Shown here: positions 45,346-56,365 of the stretch, in pieces
Layout: every line of letters begins with the position of its first letter
Numbering within the stretch: position 1 is the first letter of the stretch
Assembly: GCA_017437065.1 (NCBI GenBank)
Contig: JAFSBX010000076.1
Location: 88,466-152,465, forward strand
Reading direction: 5' to 3'
Length of the DNA: 64,000 nt
Origin: Lachnospiraceae bacterium
Lineage (GTDB): Bacteria; Bacillota; Clostridia; Lachnospirales; Lachnospiraceae
Notes under the pieces: model-generated
The model's input: the letters and a program-made list of their open reading frames with translations, nothing else
What the model was told of the DNA's origin: nothing
The model's database searches: none
Program-made: the position numbers and the translations under genes

Positions 45346-45729
45346 ATGGAAAAGAAAAATTTTATTACGTTAGTCATGAGTGTTATAGGCGGACTGTTAT
45401 TCTCATTAGGTATGTGCATGTGTCTGTTACCGGAATGGGGAGTGTTCAGTCAGGGAGTTGTAGTAGCAGCAATCGGAGCAATAGAGCTTTTAGTAACATG
45501 GATTGTATATCGCAAAATGTCCGGTAAACAGCCAATCAAGGTAAATGCAAAAATTGTCGGAAAAGTCATTTATGGCATCTTTTCAGCACTGGTACTCGGT
45601 GTGGGAATGAGTATGATTATGGTAATGGAAAATATGATGATACCGGGAATCATTGTGGGAATTGTTGGTATTGTATTACTTCTTTGTCTGATTCCCATGT
45701 GCCTTGGATTAAAAGACAGCAGTAAATAA
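45346..45729 (+). CDS. Small 4-TM membrane protein sharing a G-x2-LF-x2-GMC motif with the previous gene
   Basis: About 127 aa. VIGGLLFSLGMCMCLLPEW. ATG 45346 lies 9 nt after AAGGAG. Confidence 0.5.
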   Translation: MEKKNFITLVMSVIGGLLFSLGMCMCLLPEWGVFSQGVVVAAIGAIELLVTWIVYRKMSGKQPIKVNAKIVGKVIYGIFSALVLGVGMSMIMVMENMMIPGIIVGIVGIVLLLCLIPMCLGLKDSSK

Positions 45730-45774
45730 TATAAAAAAGAAAAGTAATATTTATGGAAAAGCAGGAGAAGAAAA

Positions 45775-45984
45775 ATGTTAAAGTTAGCAGAAGTAAACAA
45801 AAAAATTGAAGAAACTGTTGTAGGAGGTTACAAAAAAATCGAGGAAGGAGTTGTAGCCGGATATAAGAAAATTGAAGATGGAGTAGTAAGCGGTTATCAG
45901 AAGGTAGAAGATAAATTTGTAGATAAATATCTTACAAAGGACGGAGAAACCGTAGAAGAAGCCAAGAAAAGACTTTCAAAATAA
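45775..45984 (+). CDS. Small soluble protein built from tandem 11-residue repeats
   Basis: 69 aa. The repeats are IEETVVGGYKK / IEEGVVAGYKK / IEDGVVSGYQK / VEDKFVDKYLT. RBS GGAGAAG. Confidence 0.5.
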   Translation: MLKLAEVNKKIEETVVGGYKKIEEGVVAGYKKIEDGVVSGYQKVEDKFVDKYLTKDGETVEEAKKRLSK

Positions 45985-46012
45985 TAATAAGTGATAGGAT
46001 AGTAAATTTACA

Positions 46013-46047
46013 GGCAGTTTTATCGGAGGTGATAAAACTGTCTTCTT
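46013..46047 (+). terminator. Rho-independent terminator
   Basis: GCAGTTTTATC-ggaggt-GATAAAACTGTC followed by a TTCTT-type tail. Confidence 0.55.
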
Positions 46048-46179
46048 GGCATTTAAAAGGGGCGGCATATGAAGAAGGAAATTGTAATTTAAGATGCTGT
46101 AAACATGATTTCTTTTTGATTGTTGAGAAGAAACAGAAGTGTTATACTTAGGATAATAAAGATGACAAGGAGAAGGAAT

Positions 46180-47124
46180 ATGTATAAAGTAGGGATTGAT
46201 TTAGGGGGAACCAATATAAAAGCAGGCATTGTAGATGCACAATATCATATAGTAAAACAAGCATCCGTGCCTACACAGGCAGAAAGAACGTATCAGGAAA
46301 TTGTGAAAGATATGGCAATGCTTGTAAAACATCTTATGGAAGAGACTGGAATATGTGAAGAAGAAGTAGAAGGAATCGGAATAGGAAGCCCGGGTATGAT
46401 TGATGCAAAAGAAGGTGTGGTTGTTTATTCTAATAATATCCGATGGGATAATGTACCGCTTGTACAGGAAATGAACAGCTATTTTTCATGTCCCGTAAAA
46501 ATTTCCAACGATGCAAACTGTGCAGCATTAGGAGAAGCAAAAGCAGGGGCGGCAAAAGGAGTTCCGAATGTGATTCTGTTGACTCTGGGAACAGGTGTTG
46601 GCGGTGGAATCGTGGTAGACGGAAAACTGTTTGAGGGCGGTCATGCCGGAGGAGCAGAATTAGGACACACTATGCTGGTTGCAGGAGGCGAGGAATGTAC
46701 TTGTGGAAGAAGGGGATGTATTGAAGCCTATGCTTCCGCAACTGCTTTAATAAAAGAAGCGACCCGAAAGGCATTGATTCATCCGGAATCTATGATGAAT
46801 ATATTATGTAAGAATGATATAAATAATATGAATGGAAAGATTCCGTTTGATGCAGCACAGGCAGGGGATAAGGCTGGAAAAGAAGTCATAGACAGATACA
46901 TCCGATATCTGGGAGAAAGTATTGCTGACTTTGTCAATATTTTCCGCCCGGATGTAGTGCTTTTGTCAGGAGGAGTATGTAATCAGGGAGAAAAGCTGAC
47001 AGAGCCGTTAAATCAGTATATCAAAGATAAATGTTTCGGTGGTGAAAAATCCTTCATTCCGCCGGTTCGATGCGCTACGCTTGGAAATAATGCGGGAATT
47101 ATCGGAGCAGCCAGTCTGATTTAG
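46180..47124 (+). CDS. glk: ROK-family glucokinase
   Basis: N-terminal ATP motif GIDLGGTNIKAG, the ROK zinc motif CTCGRRGCIEAY and GHTMLV. ATG 46180 follows AAGGAGAAGG. Confidence 0.82.
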   Translation: MYKVGIDLGGTNIKAGIVDAQYHIVKQASVPTQAERTYQEIVKDMAMLVKHLMEETGICEEEVEGIGIGSPGMIDAKEGVVVYSNNIRWDNVPLVQEMNSYFSCPVKISNDANCAALGEAKAGAAKGVPNVILLTLGTGVGGGIVVDGKLFEGGHAGGAELGHTMLVAGGEECTCGRRGCIEAYASATALIKEATRKALIHPESMMNILCKNDINNMNGKIPFDAAQAGDKAGKEVIDRYIRYLGESIADFVNIFRPDVVLLSGGVCNQGEKLTEPLNQYIKDKCFGGEKSFIPPVRCATLGNNAGIIGAASLI

Positions 47125-47158
47125 TGAAAAGAGGAAGAAAAGCGTAAAGGATAAAGAA

Positions 47159-48160
47159 ATGAGTGAACGTGTAAGAATTGTGGATATTGCAGAAGAATTG
47201 GGAGTAAGTACAGCGACTGTCTCCAATGTAATTCACGGAAAAACGAAAAAAATATCAGATGAGACAGTAAAGAGAGTACAGGAGCTTTTAGAAAAAAGGC
47301 AGTATATTCCAAGTATGGCCGGAATCCTGTTAGCCCAAAATGATTCCAAAATTGTTGGTGTAGTGGTAAATAATCACGAAAAATATGAAGGACATGTGCT
47401 GGAGGATGGATTTATTTCATCCTCTTTAAACTATCTGTCTGCAGAACTTGAAAAAGCGGGATATTTCATGATGGTAAAGGTTACAAAAGAATGGAATGAG
47501 ATTTCACGATTTGCATCTATGTGGAACATGGAAGGGATTATTGTAATCGGCTTTTGTGAACAGGACTATCAGAAGTTGAAAGAAACTACACATATTCCGT
47601 TTATAGTTTATGATGGATATTTTGAACAGAATGAGAGCTTTGCGAATATTACCATTGATAACTATAGCGGTGGCTTTCAAATGGGAAGCTATTTGAAAAG
47701 TATGGGACATAAAAATTTGCTGTGTATTTCGGATAATAATATGTGTATGGATATGGAACGGTATAAAGGGTTTTGTGATGCTTTAAAAGAGGAAAAAACA
47801 GAATTTTTACTGATTCCGATGGAAAAAGAGGAGCGAAAAAAATTTTATAAAGAAAATTTAGAAAAGATAAAACAGTATACAGCCGTTTTTGCAGTGTCTG
47901 ATTATTATGCTTTGGATTTGATAAATTTTTTGCAAGCAGAACAGATTAAAGTGCCTGAGGAAATCTCAGTGGCAGGATTCGATGACAGTCCTTTGTGTGG
48001 TCAGGTTTATCCAAAAATTACTACGATTAAGCAGGATGGAAAGTTAAGGGCACAGACAGCATTAAAAATGCTTACAGAATTGAAAAACGGAGTGATGGAA
48101 GGAAAAAATATTATACAGCCGGTTTTATTGGTAGAACGGGAAAGTGTAATCAGAAGATAA
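47159..48160 (+). CDS. LacI-family transcriptional regulator
   Basis: N-terminal HTH VRIVDIAEELGVSTATVSNVIHGK plus a periplasmic-binding-protein-like effector domain. Confidence 0.85.
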   Translation: MSERVRIVDIAEELGVSTATVSNVIHGKTKKISDETVKRVQELLEKRQYIPSMAGILLAQNDSKIVGVVVNNHEKYEGHVLEDGFISSSLNYLSAELEKAGYFMMVKVTKEWNEISRFASMWNMEGIIVIGFCEQDYQKLKETTHIPFIVYDGYFEQNESFANITIDNYSGGFQMGSYLKSMGHKNLLCISDNNMCMDMERYKGFCDALKEEKTEFLLIPMEKEERKKFYKENLEKIKQYTAVFAVSDYYALDLINFLQAEQIKVPEEISVAGFDDSPLCGQVYPKITTIKQDGKLRAQTALKMLTELKNGVMEGKNIIQPVLLVERESVIRR

Positions 48161-48166
48161 AAAAAT

Positions 48167-48212
48167 AAAGAGTATAATTTGTCATTATGCACAAATTATA
48201 CTCTTTATTTTT
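48167..48212 (+). terminator. Rho-independent terminator
   Basis: AAAGAGTATAATTTGT-cattatgc-ACAAATTATACTCTTT, a perfect 16-bp stem, followed by ATTTTT. Confidence 0.75.
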
Positions 48213-48327
48213 GGAATGGGTTACGCGTTTAATCCATTGAAAAATATATATTTATGACCTATTCTGTTTAATGTACTCTTTAAAGAGGATGTGTCAGTGC
48301 ACCAGACAGAAAGGCAAGGTTATTTGT

Positions 48328-49701
48328 ATGAAAAAAACGGAAGTATATCAACAAAAAAATACAGTTGGAGATAGAAAGGAATTTCATGAAAGTTTAGCCA
48401 AAATTGCGATACCGGTAACGTTGCAAAGTCTTTTGCAATCATCCTTCGGGGTAGTAGATCAGGTTATGACAGGACAGCTTGGAAGCGTGAGTATTGCAGG
48501 TATCGGACTGGGAAGTAAATTTTCTTCTTTATATTCTGTATTGGTTTCTGCAATAGCAGCAGTGGCAGGTATTATGATTGCACAGTACATAGGAAAAAAT
48601 GATGAAAAGGAAGTTGGAAGAAGCTTTTATGTGAATTTGATGATGGCCTTTTTTCTGGCCGCTGCATTTACCTGTATCAGTGGAATGTTTCCAAAACAGA
48701 TTATGAGTATGTACACAGAGGATGAAGCAACAAGGGAGGTGGCTGCACAATATTTACAAATCATTTCTGTGACGTATATTCCGATGGCAGCGGCAACCAT
48801 ATTATCCACGTTATTGAGGTGTAAAGAAGTAGCGAAAATTCCGCTGTTTGCAAGTATGCTGTCTGCAGTTGTAAATACGGGATTAAATTATGTATTGATT
48901 TTTGGAAAAATAGGTTTTCCGGCATTGGGAGCAAAAGGTGCAGCAATTGCAACGGTAATTGCACAAGTATTTGGATTTGTACTGACATTTCTTTTGTTTT
49001 TACGGGAATATAAGAAAAAAGAATGGAAGTTGCCATTTGAAATACGAATGAACAAGAGTGGTGTTATGCAGTACGCAGGGATTCTTCTTCCGATTCTTTT
49101 GTGTGAGTTTTTATGGAGTCTTGGGGAAAATGTATATGCCTCCATCTATGGACATATAGGGACAGGGCAGTGTGCAGCTATGACCTTGACGACACCGATA
49201 CAGGTATTAATAATAGGTGCACTTAGCGGACTGGCACAGGCAGCAGGTATCATGATAGGAAAATCACTGGGAAAGAATGAGTATGAAAAAGCGTATTGGG
49301 AATCAAAAAAATTGTTAATCTATGGATTGGCAGGTGCTGCTATTATTTCAGGTGTTATGGTAATTTTTAGTCCGTTGTATGTATTGATTTATCAAGTGGA
49401 GGAGAGTGTGAGGGATGTGGCAAGGCATCTTTTGATTGTTTTTGCACTGGTAGCACCGGTAAAAGTATTGAATATGATACTTGGCGGTGGTATTATCCGA
49501 AGTGGAGGAAGGACAAAGTATGTAATGGTAATTGACATAATCGGTACATGGGGATTTGGCGTTCCGTTAGGATACATTGCGGCATTCGTATTGGAATTGT
49601 CAATTACATGGGTATACTTTATGTTATCATTGGAGGAATGTGTACGTCTGTTAATTTCCTTTGTAGTTTTTAAAAGAAAGAAGTGGATGTGCCGGCTGTA
49701 A
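48328..49701 (+). CDS. MATE-family efflux transporter
   Basis: About 457 aa with 12 predicted TM. The N-terminus KIAIPVTLQSLLQSSFGVVDQVMTGQLG is typical of MATE proteins. ATG 48328 follows AAAGGCAAGG. Confidence 0.82.
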   Translation: MKKTEVYQQKNTVGDRKEFHESLAKIAIPVTLQSLLQSSFGVVDQVMTGQLGSVSIAGIGLGSKFSSLYSVLVSAIAAVAGIMIAQYIGKNDEKEVGRSFYVNLMMAFFLAAAFTCISGMFPKQIMSMYTEDEATREVAAQYLQIISVTYIPMAAATILSTLLRCKEVAKIPLFASMLSAVVNTGLNYVLIFGKIGFPALGAKGAAIATVIAQVFGFVLTFLLFLREYKKKEWKLPFEIRMNKSGVMQYAGILLPILLCEFLWSLGENVYASIYGHIGTGQCAAMTLTTPIQVLIIGALSGLAQAAGIMIGKSLGKNEYEKAYWESKKLLIYGLAGAAIISGVMVIFSPLYVLIYQVEESVRDVARHLLIVFALVAPVKVLNMILGGGIIRSGGRTKYVMVIDIIGTWGFGVPLGYIAAFVLELSITWVYFMLSLEECVRLLISFVVFKRKKWMCRL

Positions 49702-49746
49702 GAAAAGAAGTTGAAAACTTTTGTCAGGAAATGCATTATTAAAAAA

Positions 49747-49775
49747 ATAAGCCCGGAATTTCCGGGCTTATTTTC
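49747..49775 (+). terminator. Rho-independent terminator
   Basis: ATAAGCCCGGA-att-TCCGGGCTTAT followed by TTT. Confidence 0.8.
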
Positions 49776-49939
49776 TACAAAGGGGAGATATGAAAAAGTT
49801 ATTTTTATAGAAAGCTGAGGGGATGTTTGCTTTCTATGTATATTATATTACATTGAATTTGTGATGAAAATGCGGTTAAAGTGTCAACATTATGTGAACA
49901 GAAAATGAAAAAAAATTTATAATTATAAAAAGAAAGTAT

Positions 49940-50356
49940 GTGATACGGTTTAGAGTCTATTCAGGAGAGTTGTGTGAAATTCCGACAAACATTTATTCTT
50001 ATTCGGTGAATGAGGAAAAGGTGCAGAACGAAAACTATCCGGTGGAAAAAATAAAAGACGAAAAGTTCTTAGAAAAGCTGCGTGATGATTCGAATAGGAT
50101 TGTAAAAGAAGCAATGGGAATAGAAGAAGATATTACAAGAACATATTGTGCATATATGTCAGAAGAAGAATATATAGACAGAGTATATGTTGTTGTGGAA
50201 ACTGAGGCCAGAGAACGATTTGAGTTGTGGTATGTACCGAGTACAATGAAGTTTGTTAAGCTGAGTACATATGGAAAGGAAACCTATGAAGAGAATAAAC
50301 TTTTTGATGAGGGAGGACCTTATGCAGATATATATGAAATAGTAGAAATAAAATGA
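49940..50356 (+). CDS. Hypothetical protein (orphan, GTG start, weak RBS)
   Basis: 138 aa, acidic, with no recognisable motif. It is isolated between terminator-bounded units. Confidence 0.35.
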   Translation: MIRFRVYSGELCEIPTNIYSYSVNEEKVQNENYPVEKIKDEKFLEKLRDDSNRIVKEAMGIEEDITRTYCAYMSEEEYIDRVYVVVETEARERFELWYVPSTMKFVKLSTYGKETYEENKLFDEGGPYADIYEIVEIK

Positions 50357-50415
50357 TGAAGATTGATATATTGTAATGAAATATAAAAACATCTGACTGA
50401 ACTTTCAGAAAAAAG

Positions 50416-50443
50416 TTGTATATTATAAAAAGTATGATATAAT
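50416..50443 (+). promoter_or_regulatory. Candidate sigma-A promoter (extended -10) for the soluble MCP
   Basis: TTGTAT, a 16-nt spacer, then TATAAT preceded by TG (TGATATAAT). Confidence 0.45.
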
Positions 50444-50477
50444 TTTATCATATGCAAAAGAAAGAGAGGCTAGTACT

Positions 50478-51878
50478 ATGGGACTAATGAAAAGTAAATC
50501 AGATCTTGTGAATTCCGTTGCTGAACTAAAAGACGTGGATTATTCCAAGAATCCAAAATTGGGAGAGATTTATAAGAGACTGTCAAAAGGAAGACAACAG
50601 TTCGAAGTTGTAATGGACAAGGATATTGAGGCAGTCATGCAAATTAGTGCGCTGGAACTGGCATTAAATCAGCACACGGATAATTTAATTAAAATTTCCA
50701 GTGATGTAGCGGATGAAACTACGATCATCCATAAAGCTGCAGAGGAATCTTCTCTGGTAGCCAGTCAGGTAAATGAACAGCATGAAGATTTGACAAGAAC
50801 AATTGTACAGGCAGCAGAAGATACAAGTGAAGTTCATCAGAAAATCGAAGCAGGACAGAAAGAACTATCTTCCATTAAAGAGCTTTCTTCAGAAATGATT
50901 AAAGAATCTAAGGAAATGCAGAATGATATGAATGCATTGCTTGGAGTTATCAGTCATATGAATGAAGTAATTTCCGGAATTAATGCGATTTCTTCTCAGA
51001 CAAACTTACTGGCATTAAATGCATCTATTGAGGCAGCAAGAGCAGGAGAAGCAGGAAGAGGATTTGCGGTGGTAGCAGATGAGATTCGTCAGCTGGCAGA
51101 ACAGACACAAATGCTGACATCCAACATGGGTGATTTCGTAGAGAAAATTAAAACAGCTTCACAGAAAAGTTCTGAGAGTGTAACAACTACAATTGAATCA
51201 TTAGGAACTGTGACAGCGAAAATTCAAAGTGTATGGGAAATTAATGATGAGAATCAGAGACATGTTTCCAAAGTAAATGAGTCTATCAGTTCTTTGGCAG
51301 CAGTGAGTGAAGAAATCAGCAGTTCCATGGCTGAAATGGAAAGTCAGACAGCAAGCATCAAAGAACAGTGTATGTATCTGGAAGAGAATACAGATCAGGT
51401 ACGCAATATCAGTACACGTTTAAGAGATACAACAGCCCCGGTAGGCACTATCGAAAAAGTTCTGGATGAAGCTGCTAAACAAATGGGTGATATGACAGAT
51501 GATGCATTTTTCCGCATGGAGTATGCAGAATTTGCTAAATATATGGATAGGGCAATTAATGCACACAATGCATGGCTGGATAATTTGAAGAAGATGGTAA
51601 GTGAACGTACCGTTCTGCCGTTGCAGCTTGATGCGGCAAAATGTGGCTTTGGTCATTTCTATTATTCCATGACGCCAAAAACACCGGAAATTCGTGAAAT
51701 ATGGATGGGTGTTGCAGACAAACATAAGAAATTCCATGAATACGGAAAGAGTGTTCTGAATGCAATTATGAAAGAAGATTATTTTGAGGCTGACAAGAAA
51801 TGTCATGAAGCAGAAGATTATTCTAAAGTCCTGATTAAAGATTTAGAAGATATGAAGAAAATTGCATTACAGAAATAA
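50478..51878 (+). CDS. Soluble (no TM) methyl-accepting chemotaxis protein with C-terminal CZB zinc-binding domain
   Basis: Signalling hairpin [34 protein letters not shown]. The C-terminus carries a full CZB motif (HNAW, 22 residues, CGFGHF, 21 residues, HKKFH). No hydrophobic segments are present. Confidence 0.9.
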   Translation: MGLMKSKSDLVNSVAELKDVDYSKNPKLGEIYKRLSKGRQQFEVVMDKDIEAVMQISALELALNQHTDNLIKISSDVADETTIIHKAAEESSLVASQVNEQHEDLTRTIVQAAEDTSEVHQKIEAGQKELSSIKELSSEMIKESKEMQNDMNALLGVISHMNEVISGINAISSQTNLLALNASIEAARAGEAGRGFAVVADEIRQLAEQTQMLTSNMGDFVEKIKTASQKSSESVTTTIESLGTVTAKIQSVWEINDENQRHVSKVNESISSLAAVSEEISSSMAEMESQTASIKEQCMYLEENTDQVRNISTRLRDTTAPVGTIEKVLDEAAKQMGDMTDDAFFRMEYAEFAKYMDRAINAHNAWLDNLKKMVSERTVLPLQLDAAKCGFGHFYYSMTPKTPEIREIWMGVADKHKKFHEYGKSVLNAIMKEDYFEADKKCHEAEDYSKVLIKDLEDMKKIALQK

Positions 51879-51951
51879 TACCTGAAATTATAAATAGTGC
51901 AGAAATAATAGTACATATATAGAAACAGGATATAGGTAATAGATACAATTA

Positions 51952-52003
51952 AAAAAGAAACTGCCGGACACCAATAACAAAAGATGGTGCCCGGCAGTTT
52001 TGC
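51952..52003. terminator. Bidirectional terminator shared by two convergent genes
   Basis: AAAAAAGAAACTGCCGGACACC, a 13-nt loop, then GGTGCCCGGCAGTTTTG. The A-tract and T-tract flank the stem. Confidence 0.75.
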
Positions 52004-52028
52004 ATAATATGAAATTATACAAAAGTAT

Positions 52029-55000
52029 TTATTTATTCAGATTTTTCTGTGCTGTAGATAACATCAGCTTAATACGGTTCAACTGATTAACCTCACTGGC
52101 ACCCGGATCGTAGTCAATGGCCACAATATTACTTAACGGATATTGTTTACGCAATTCTTTGATAACACCCTTACCTACAATGTGGTTCGGCAGGCAGGCA
52201 AATGGCTGACAGCATACAATATTCGGTACATTGCTATGAATTAACTCAACCATTTCTCCGGTTAAGAACCATCCTTCACCGGTCTGGTTACCAATATTTA
52301 CAATAGGTTCTGCATATTTTACAATTTTGTAAATGCTTGTCGGTGCATCAAAATGTTTACTCTTTTCAAATGCCTTTGTAGCAGCACCCCGAAGCTTTTC
52401 AATTGCCCAGATACCCAGTTTGGAAAGCGTAGCAGCTTTCTTTGCGGTTCCAAGATGCTCTGATTTATAAATTTGGTTGTAGAAGCAGTAAAGCATAAAG
52501 TCAATCAAATCAGGACAAACTGCTTCAGCACCTTCCGCTTCCAAAAGCTCTACCAAATAATTATTGGCAGCCGGAGCAAATTTAACAAGGATTTCTCCTA
52601 CAATACCAACACGAGGTTTCTTTTCCTCCGTAATCGGAATGGCATCAAATTCTTCAATAATCTGACGGCACATTTTCCTAAAAGTAAAGAAATTCATATG
52701 TTTTGCGGAAACAAAATCCTGACATTTCTTTAGCCATTTTTGGTGTACGGCATTCACACTTCCTGCTTCTTTTTCATAAGGACGCATGCGGTAAACACAA
52801 CGCATAAAAATATCACCGAATACTGCACCATAAGCGGCACGCATCATCATGTCGGCGTTCAGCTTGAATCCCGGATTTGTTTCAATGCCACCGAGATTTA
52901 AGGAAATAACCGGAATCTGCGGCATTCCTGCTTTTTCTAAAGCACGGCGGATAAAGCCGACATAATTCGTGGCACGACAGCCACCGCCGGTCTGGGTCAT
53001 AATAACTGCCGTTTTATTCAAATCATATTTACCGGATAATAAGGCATCCATAATCTGTCCGACTACCATAAGAGAAGGATAGCAGGCATCATTGTTTACA
53101 TATTTTAATCCTACGTCTACCGCATGTTTGTTGTCATTCGGAAGTACTTCAAAATTGTAACCGCAGGCACGGAATGCGGGCTCTAAAATTTCAAAGTGAA
53201 TCGGTGACATCTGTGGGCAGAGAATGGTATATTCTTTGCGCATTTCCTCAGTAAACTGCACTTTTGTAATGGCGGAAGAACGGATGGTACGCGGTTGTTT
53301 CTTCTGTTCTTTTACACGGAGAGCAGAAAGAAGGGAACGAATACGGATTCTTGCCGCACCTAAGTTGTTTACTTCATCAATCTTTAAGCATGTGTAAATT
53401 TTATCGGAACCGGAGAGGATATCATTTACCTGATCGGTAGTAACGGCATCCAGACCGCATCCGAAAGAATTTAACTGAATTAAGTCCAAATCTTCTCTTG
53501 TTTTAACGTAACTTGCCGCAGCATAAAGTCTGGAGTGATACATCCACTGGTCGGAAACGATAAGCGGGCGCTCCGGTGCAGCTAAGTGGGAAACGGAGTC
53601 CTCAGTCAATACTGCAATATCATAAGAGTTAATCAGCTCCGGAATACCATGGTTGATTTCCGGGTCTGTATGGTAAGGACGTCCGGCAAGTACAATACCA
53701 CGTTTGTGGTTTTCTTCCATCCATTTGATAACTTCTTCGCCCTTGCGTTTCATATCTTCTCTGGCAGCAGCCATTTCATCCCATGCTTTCTGTACGGCTG
53801 CATGAATTTCGGAAGAAGGAAGTTCTTTAAATTCTTTTACTAAGGCATCTGTAATCGTATCCACGCTTAAGAAGGACATAAACGGATTACGGAAAATCAC
53901 TTCGCCCCTGCCGATTTCTTCCACATTGTTTTTGATGTTTTCAGAATAAGAAGTAACAATCGGACAGTTGTAGTGATTGTTAGCTTCGCTAAATTCATTA
54001 CGTTCATAAAACAGTGCAGGATAGAAGATAAAGTCTACCTTCTGGTTAATCAGCCATTGTACATGGCCGTGAGCGAGCTTTGCCGGATAACATTCGGATT
54101 CACTCGGAATGGATTCAATACCAAGCTCATAAATCTTACGATTGGAGTTTGGAGAGAGAATCACACGATACCCCAGTTCCGTAAAGAAGGTGTGCCAGAA
54201 CGGGTAGTTTTCATACATATTTAATACTCTCGGAATACCTACAGAGCCACGTTTTGCTTCATCCGCAGGAAGAGATTCATATGTAAAAATTCGTTTTAAT
54301 TTATATTCAAACAGGTTTGGAATATTGTTTTCATTTTTTTGTTTTCCAAGACCTCTTTCACAGCGGTTACCGGAGATATACTGGCGTCCGCCGGAGAATT
54401 TATTAATGGTAAGTCGGCAGTTGTTGGTACATCCTTTACATTTTGCCATACTGGTTTCAAACTGCAGGGCATTGATTTTATCAATGGAAAGCATGGAAGT
54501 CCGGTAGTTTTCTTCCATACCGAAACGTTCTCTTGCGATTAAGGCTGCACCGAAAGCACCCATAATACCGGCAATGTCCGGACGAATCGCCTCACAGCCT
54601 GCAATTTTTTCAAAACTTCTTAATACGGCATTGTTATAAAAAGTACCGCCCTGTACAACAATATTTTTACCAAGCTCAGAGGCATCGGAAACCTTGATTA
54701 CTTTAAATAACGCATTTTTAATGACTGAGTAAGCAAGTCCGGCAGAAATATCGGCAACTTCTGCACCTTCCTTCTGTGCCTGTTTTACTTTTGAGTTCAT
54801 AAATACGGTACAGCGGGTTCCCAGGTCAATCGGATGCTTTGCAAAAAGAGCCGCAGAAGCAAAGTCTTCTACACTGTAATTCAAAGATTTCGCAAAGGTT
54901 TCAATAAAGGAACCACAACCGGAGGAGCAGGCCTCATTTAACTGTACGCTGTCAACGGTCTGATTTTTGATTTTGATACATTTCATATCCTGACCGCCGA

Positions 55001-56261
55001 TATCTAAGATACAGTCTACGGCAGGATTAAAGAATGCGGCAGCATAATAATGTGCTACGGTTTCTACTTCACCATCGTCTAAAAGGAATGCCGCCTTCAT
55101 CAGTGCTTCACCGTAACCGGTAGAGCAGGAGCGTACAATTTTAGCACCTTCCGGCAGAAGGGAATAAATTTCTTTAATAGAGCGGATAACTGTATTTAAC
55201 GGGCTTCCTTCGTTACTGCTGTAAAAAGAGTAGAGAAGAGAACCGTCTTCACCTACCAGTGCAGTTTTGGTTGTAGTACTTCCTGAATCAATACCGAGAT
55301 AACAGTTTCCTTTATATGTACTTAAATCACCGGTAGTTACACGGTGTTTTTCATGTCTTGCTTCAAATTCTTTAAATTCTTCGTCAGAGGCAAACAACGG
55401 CTCCATACGTTCTACTTCAAATTCCATTTTGATATCGGCAGCAAGCTTGTTTACCATTTCTTCCATAGAATAAGAAACATCGTCTTTTGCGTTTAAAGCG
55501 GAACCGATGGCTGCAAATAAATGGGAATTATCTGTATCAATAATATGTTCTTCGTCCAATTTCAAAGTGCGGATAAACGCCGCTTTTAATTCAGATAAGA
55601 AGTGTAAAGGACCACCTAAAAATGCAACGTGTCCGCGAATCGGCTTACCGCAGGCAAGACCGCTGATGGTCTGATTTACCACTGCCTGGAAAATGGAAGC
55701 AGATAAGTCTTCTTTCGTAGCTCCTTCATTAATTAACGGCTGGATATCAGTTTTTGCAAATACACCACAACGTGCCGCAATCGTGTAAAGAGAGTTGTAA
55801 TTTTTGGCATATTCATTTAAGCCCGAAGCATCTGTCTGGATTAAAGATGCCATCTGGTCAATAAAAGAACCTGTACCACCGGCACAGATACCATTCATAC
55901 GCTGTTCAACATTACCGCCTTCGAAATAAATAATTTTTGCATCTTCACCACCAAGCTCAATGGCAACGTCAGTCTGTGGAGCCAGTTCCTTTAATGAAGT
56001 GGCAACGGCAATTACTTCCTGTACAAAGGGAACCTGCAAATGATTTGCAAGTGTAAGTCCGCCGGAACCTGTAATCATGGGGTGCAACGTTATATTTCCA
56101 AGCTTTTCATACGCTTTTTGTAACAGGGAAGAGAGCGTTTCACGGATATTTGCAAAATGACGCTCATAATCACTGAATAATATTGTATTGTTACTATCTA
56201 AAATGGCTATTTTTACGGTTGTTGAACCGATATCAATACCAAGTGTATAGTGTTGTTCCAT
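52029..56261 (-). CDS. Fused acyl-CoA-dehydratase-activase-like protein (two BcrAD/BadFG ATPase modules plus a large DUF2229-type C-terminal region)
   Basis: About 1410 aa. Two actin-fold ATPase starts are present ([16 protein letters not shown] and [16 protein letters not shown]). A Cys cluster KCKGCTNNC...GNRCERG follows. ATG 56261 lies 7 nt after GGAGG on the minus strand. Confidence 0.82.
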   Translation of the reverse strand: MEQHYTLGIDIGSTTVKIAILDSNNTILFSDYERHFANIRETLSSLLQKAYEKLGNITLHPMITGSGGLTLANHLQVPFVQEVIAVATSLKELAPQTDVAIELGGEDAKIIYFEGGNVEQRMNGICAGGTGSFIDQMASLIQTDASGLNEYAKNYNSLYTIAARCGVFAKTDIQPLINEGATKEDLSASIFQAVVNQTISGLACGKPIRGHVAFLGGPLHFLSELKAAFIRTLKLDEEHIIDTDNSHLFAAIGSALNAKDDVSYSMEEMVNKLAADIKMEFEVERMEPLFASDEEFKEFEARHEKHRVTTGDLSTYKGNCYLGIDSGSTTTKTALVGEDGSLLYSFYSSNEGSPLNTVIRSIKEIYSLLPEGAKIVRSCSTGYGEALMKAAFLLDDGEVETVAHYYAAAFFNPAVDCILDIGGQDMKCIKIKNQTVDSVQLNEACSSGCGSFIETFAKSLNYSVEDFASAALFAKHPIDLGTRCTVFMNSKVKQAQKEGAEVADISAGLAYSVIKNALFKVIKVSDASELGKNIVVQGGTFYNNAVLRSFEKIAGCEAIRPDIAGIMGAFGAALIARERFGMEENYRTSMLSIDKINALQFETSMAKCKGCTNNCRLTINKFSGGRQYISGNRCERGLGKQKNENNIPNLFEYKLKRIFTYESLPADEAKRGSVGIPRVLNMYENYPFWHTFFTELGYRVILSPNSNRKIYELGIESIPSESECYPAKLAHGHVQWLINQKVDFIFYPALFYERNEFSEANNHYNCPIVTSYSENIKNNVEEIGRGEVIFRNPFMSFLSVDTITDALVKEFKELPSSEIHAAVQKAWDEMAAAREDMKRKGEEVIKWMEENHKRGIVLAGRPYHTDPEINHGIPELINSYDIAVLTEDSVSHLAAPERPLIVSDQWMYHSRLYAAASYVKTREDLDLIQLNSFGCGLDAVTTDQVNDILSGSDKIYTCLKIDEVNNLGAARIRIRSLLSALRVKEQKKQPRTIRSSAITKVQFTEEMRKEYTILCPQMSPIHFEILEPAFRACGYNFEVLPNDNKHAVDVGLKYVNNDACYPSLMVVGQIMDALLSGKYDLNKTAVIMTQTGGGCRATNYVGFIRRALEKAGMPQIPVISLNLGGIETNPGFKLNADMMMRAAYGAVFGDIFMRCVYRMRPYEKEAGSVNAVHQKWLKKCQDFVSAKHMNFFTFRKMCRQIIEEFDAIPITEEKKPRVGIVGEILVKFAPAANNYLVELLEAEGAEAVCPDLIDFMLYCFYNQIYKSEHLGTAKKAATLSKLGIWAIEKLRGAATKAFEKSKHFDAPTSIYKIVKYAEPIVNIGNQTGEGWFLTGEMVELIHSNVPNIVCCQPFACLPNHIVGKGVIKELRKQYPLSNIVAIDYDPGASEVNQLNRIKLMLSTAQKNLNK

Positions 56262-56365
56262 ACATAACCTCCATTTAATCACAACCGAGTGAATAAACCA
56301 TTCACTCTTTTACACTTTCTACTTATGTATATACATTTTTTATATATGCTGTGAAAAGACATTCT

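Noticed and set aside
37745-50477. Search for sigma-28 (SigD) type promoters (TAAA-N15-GCCGATAT) upstream of the three MCP genes
   Set aside because: I found no convincing match in the three upstream regions by eye. Each region instead carries a sigma-A-like TTGnnn-16/17-TATAAT. The eye search is not exhaustive and the AT-rich DNA gives many chance -10 matches, so I make no claim about sigma dependence.
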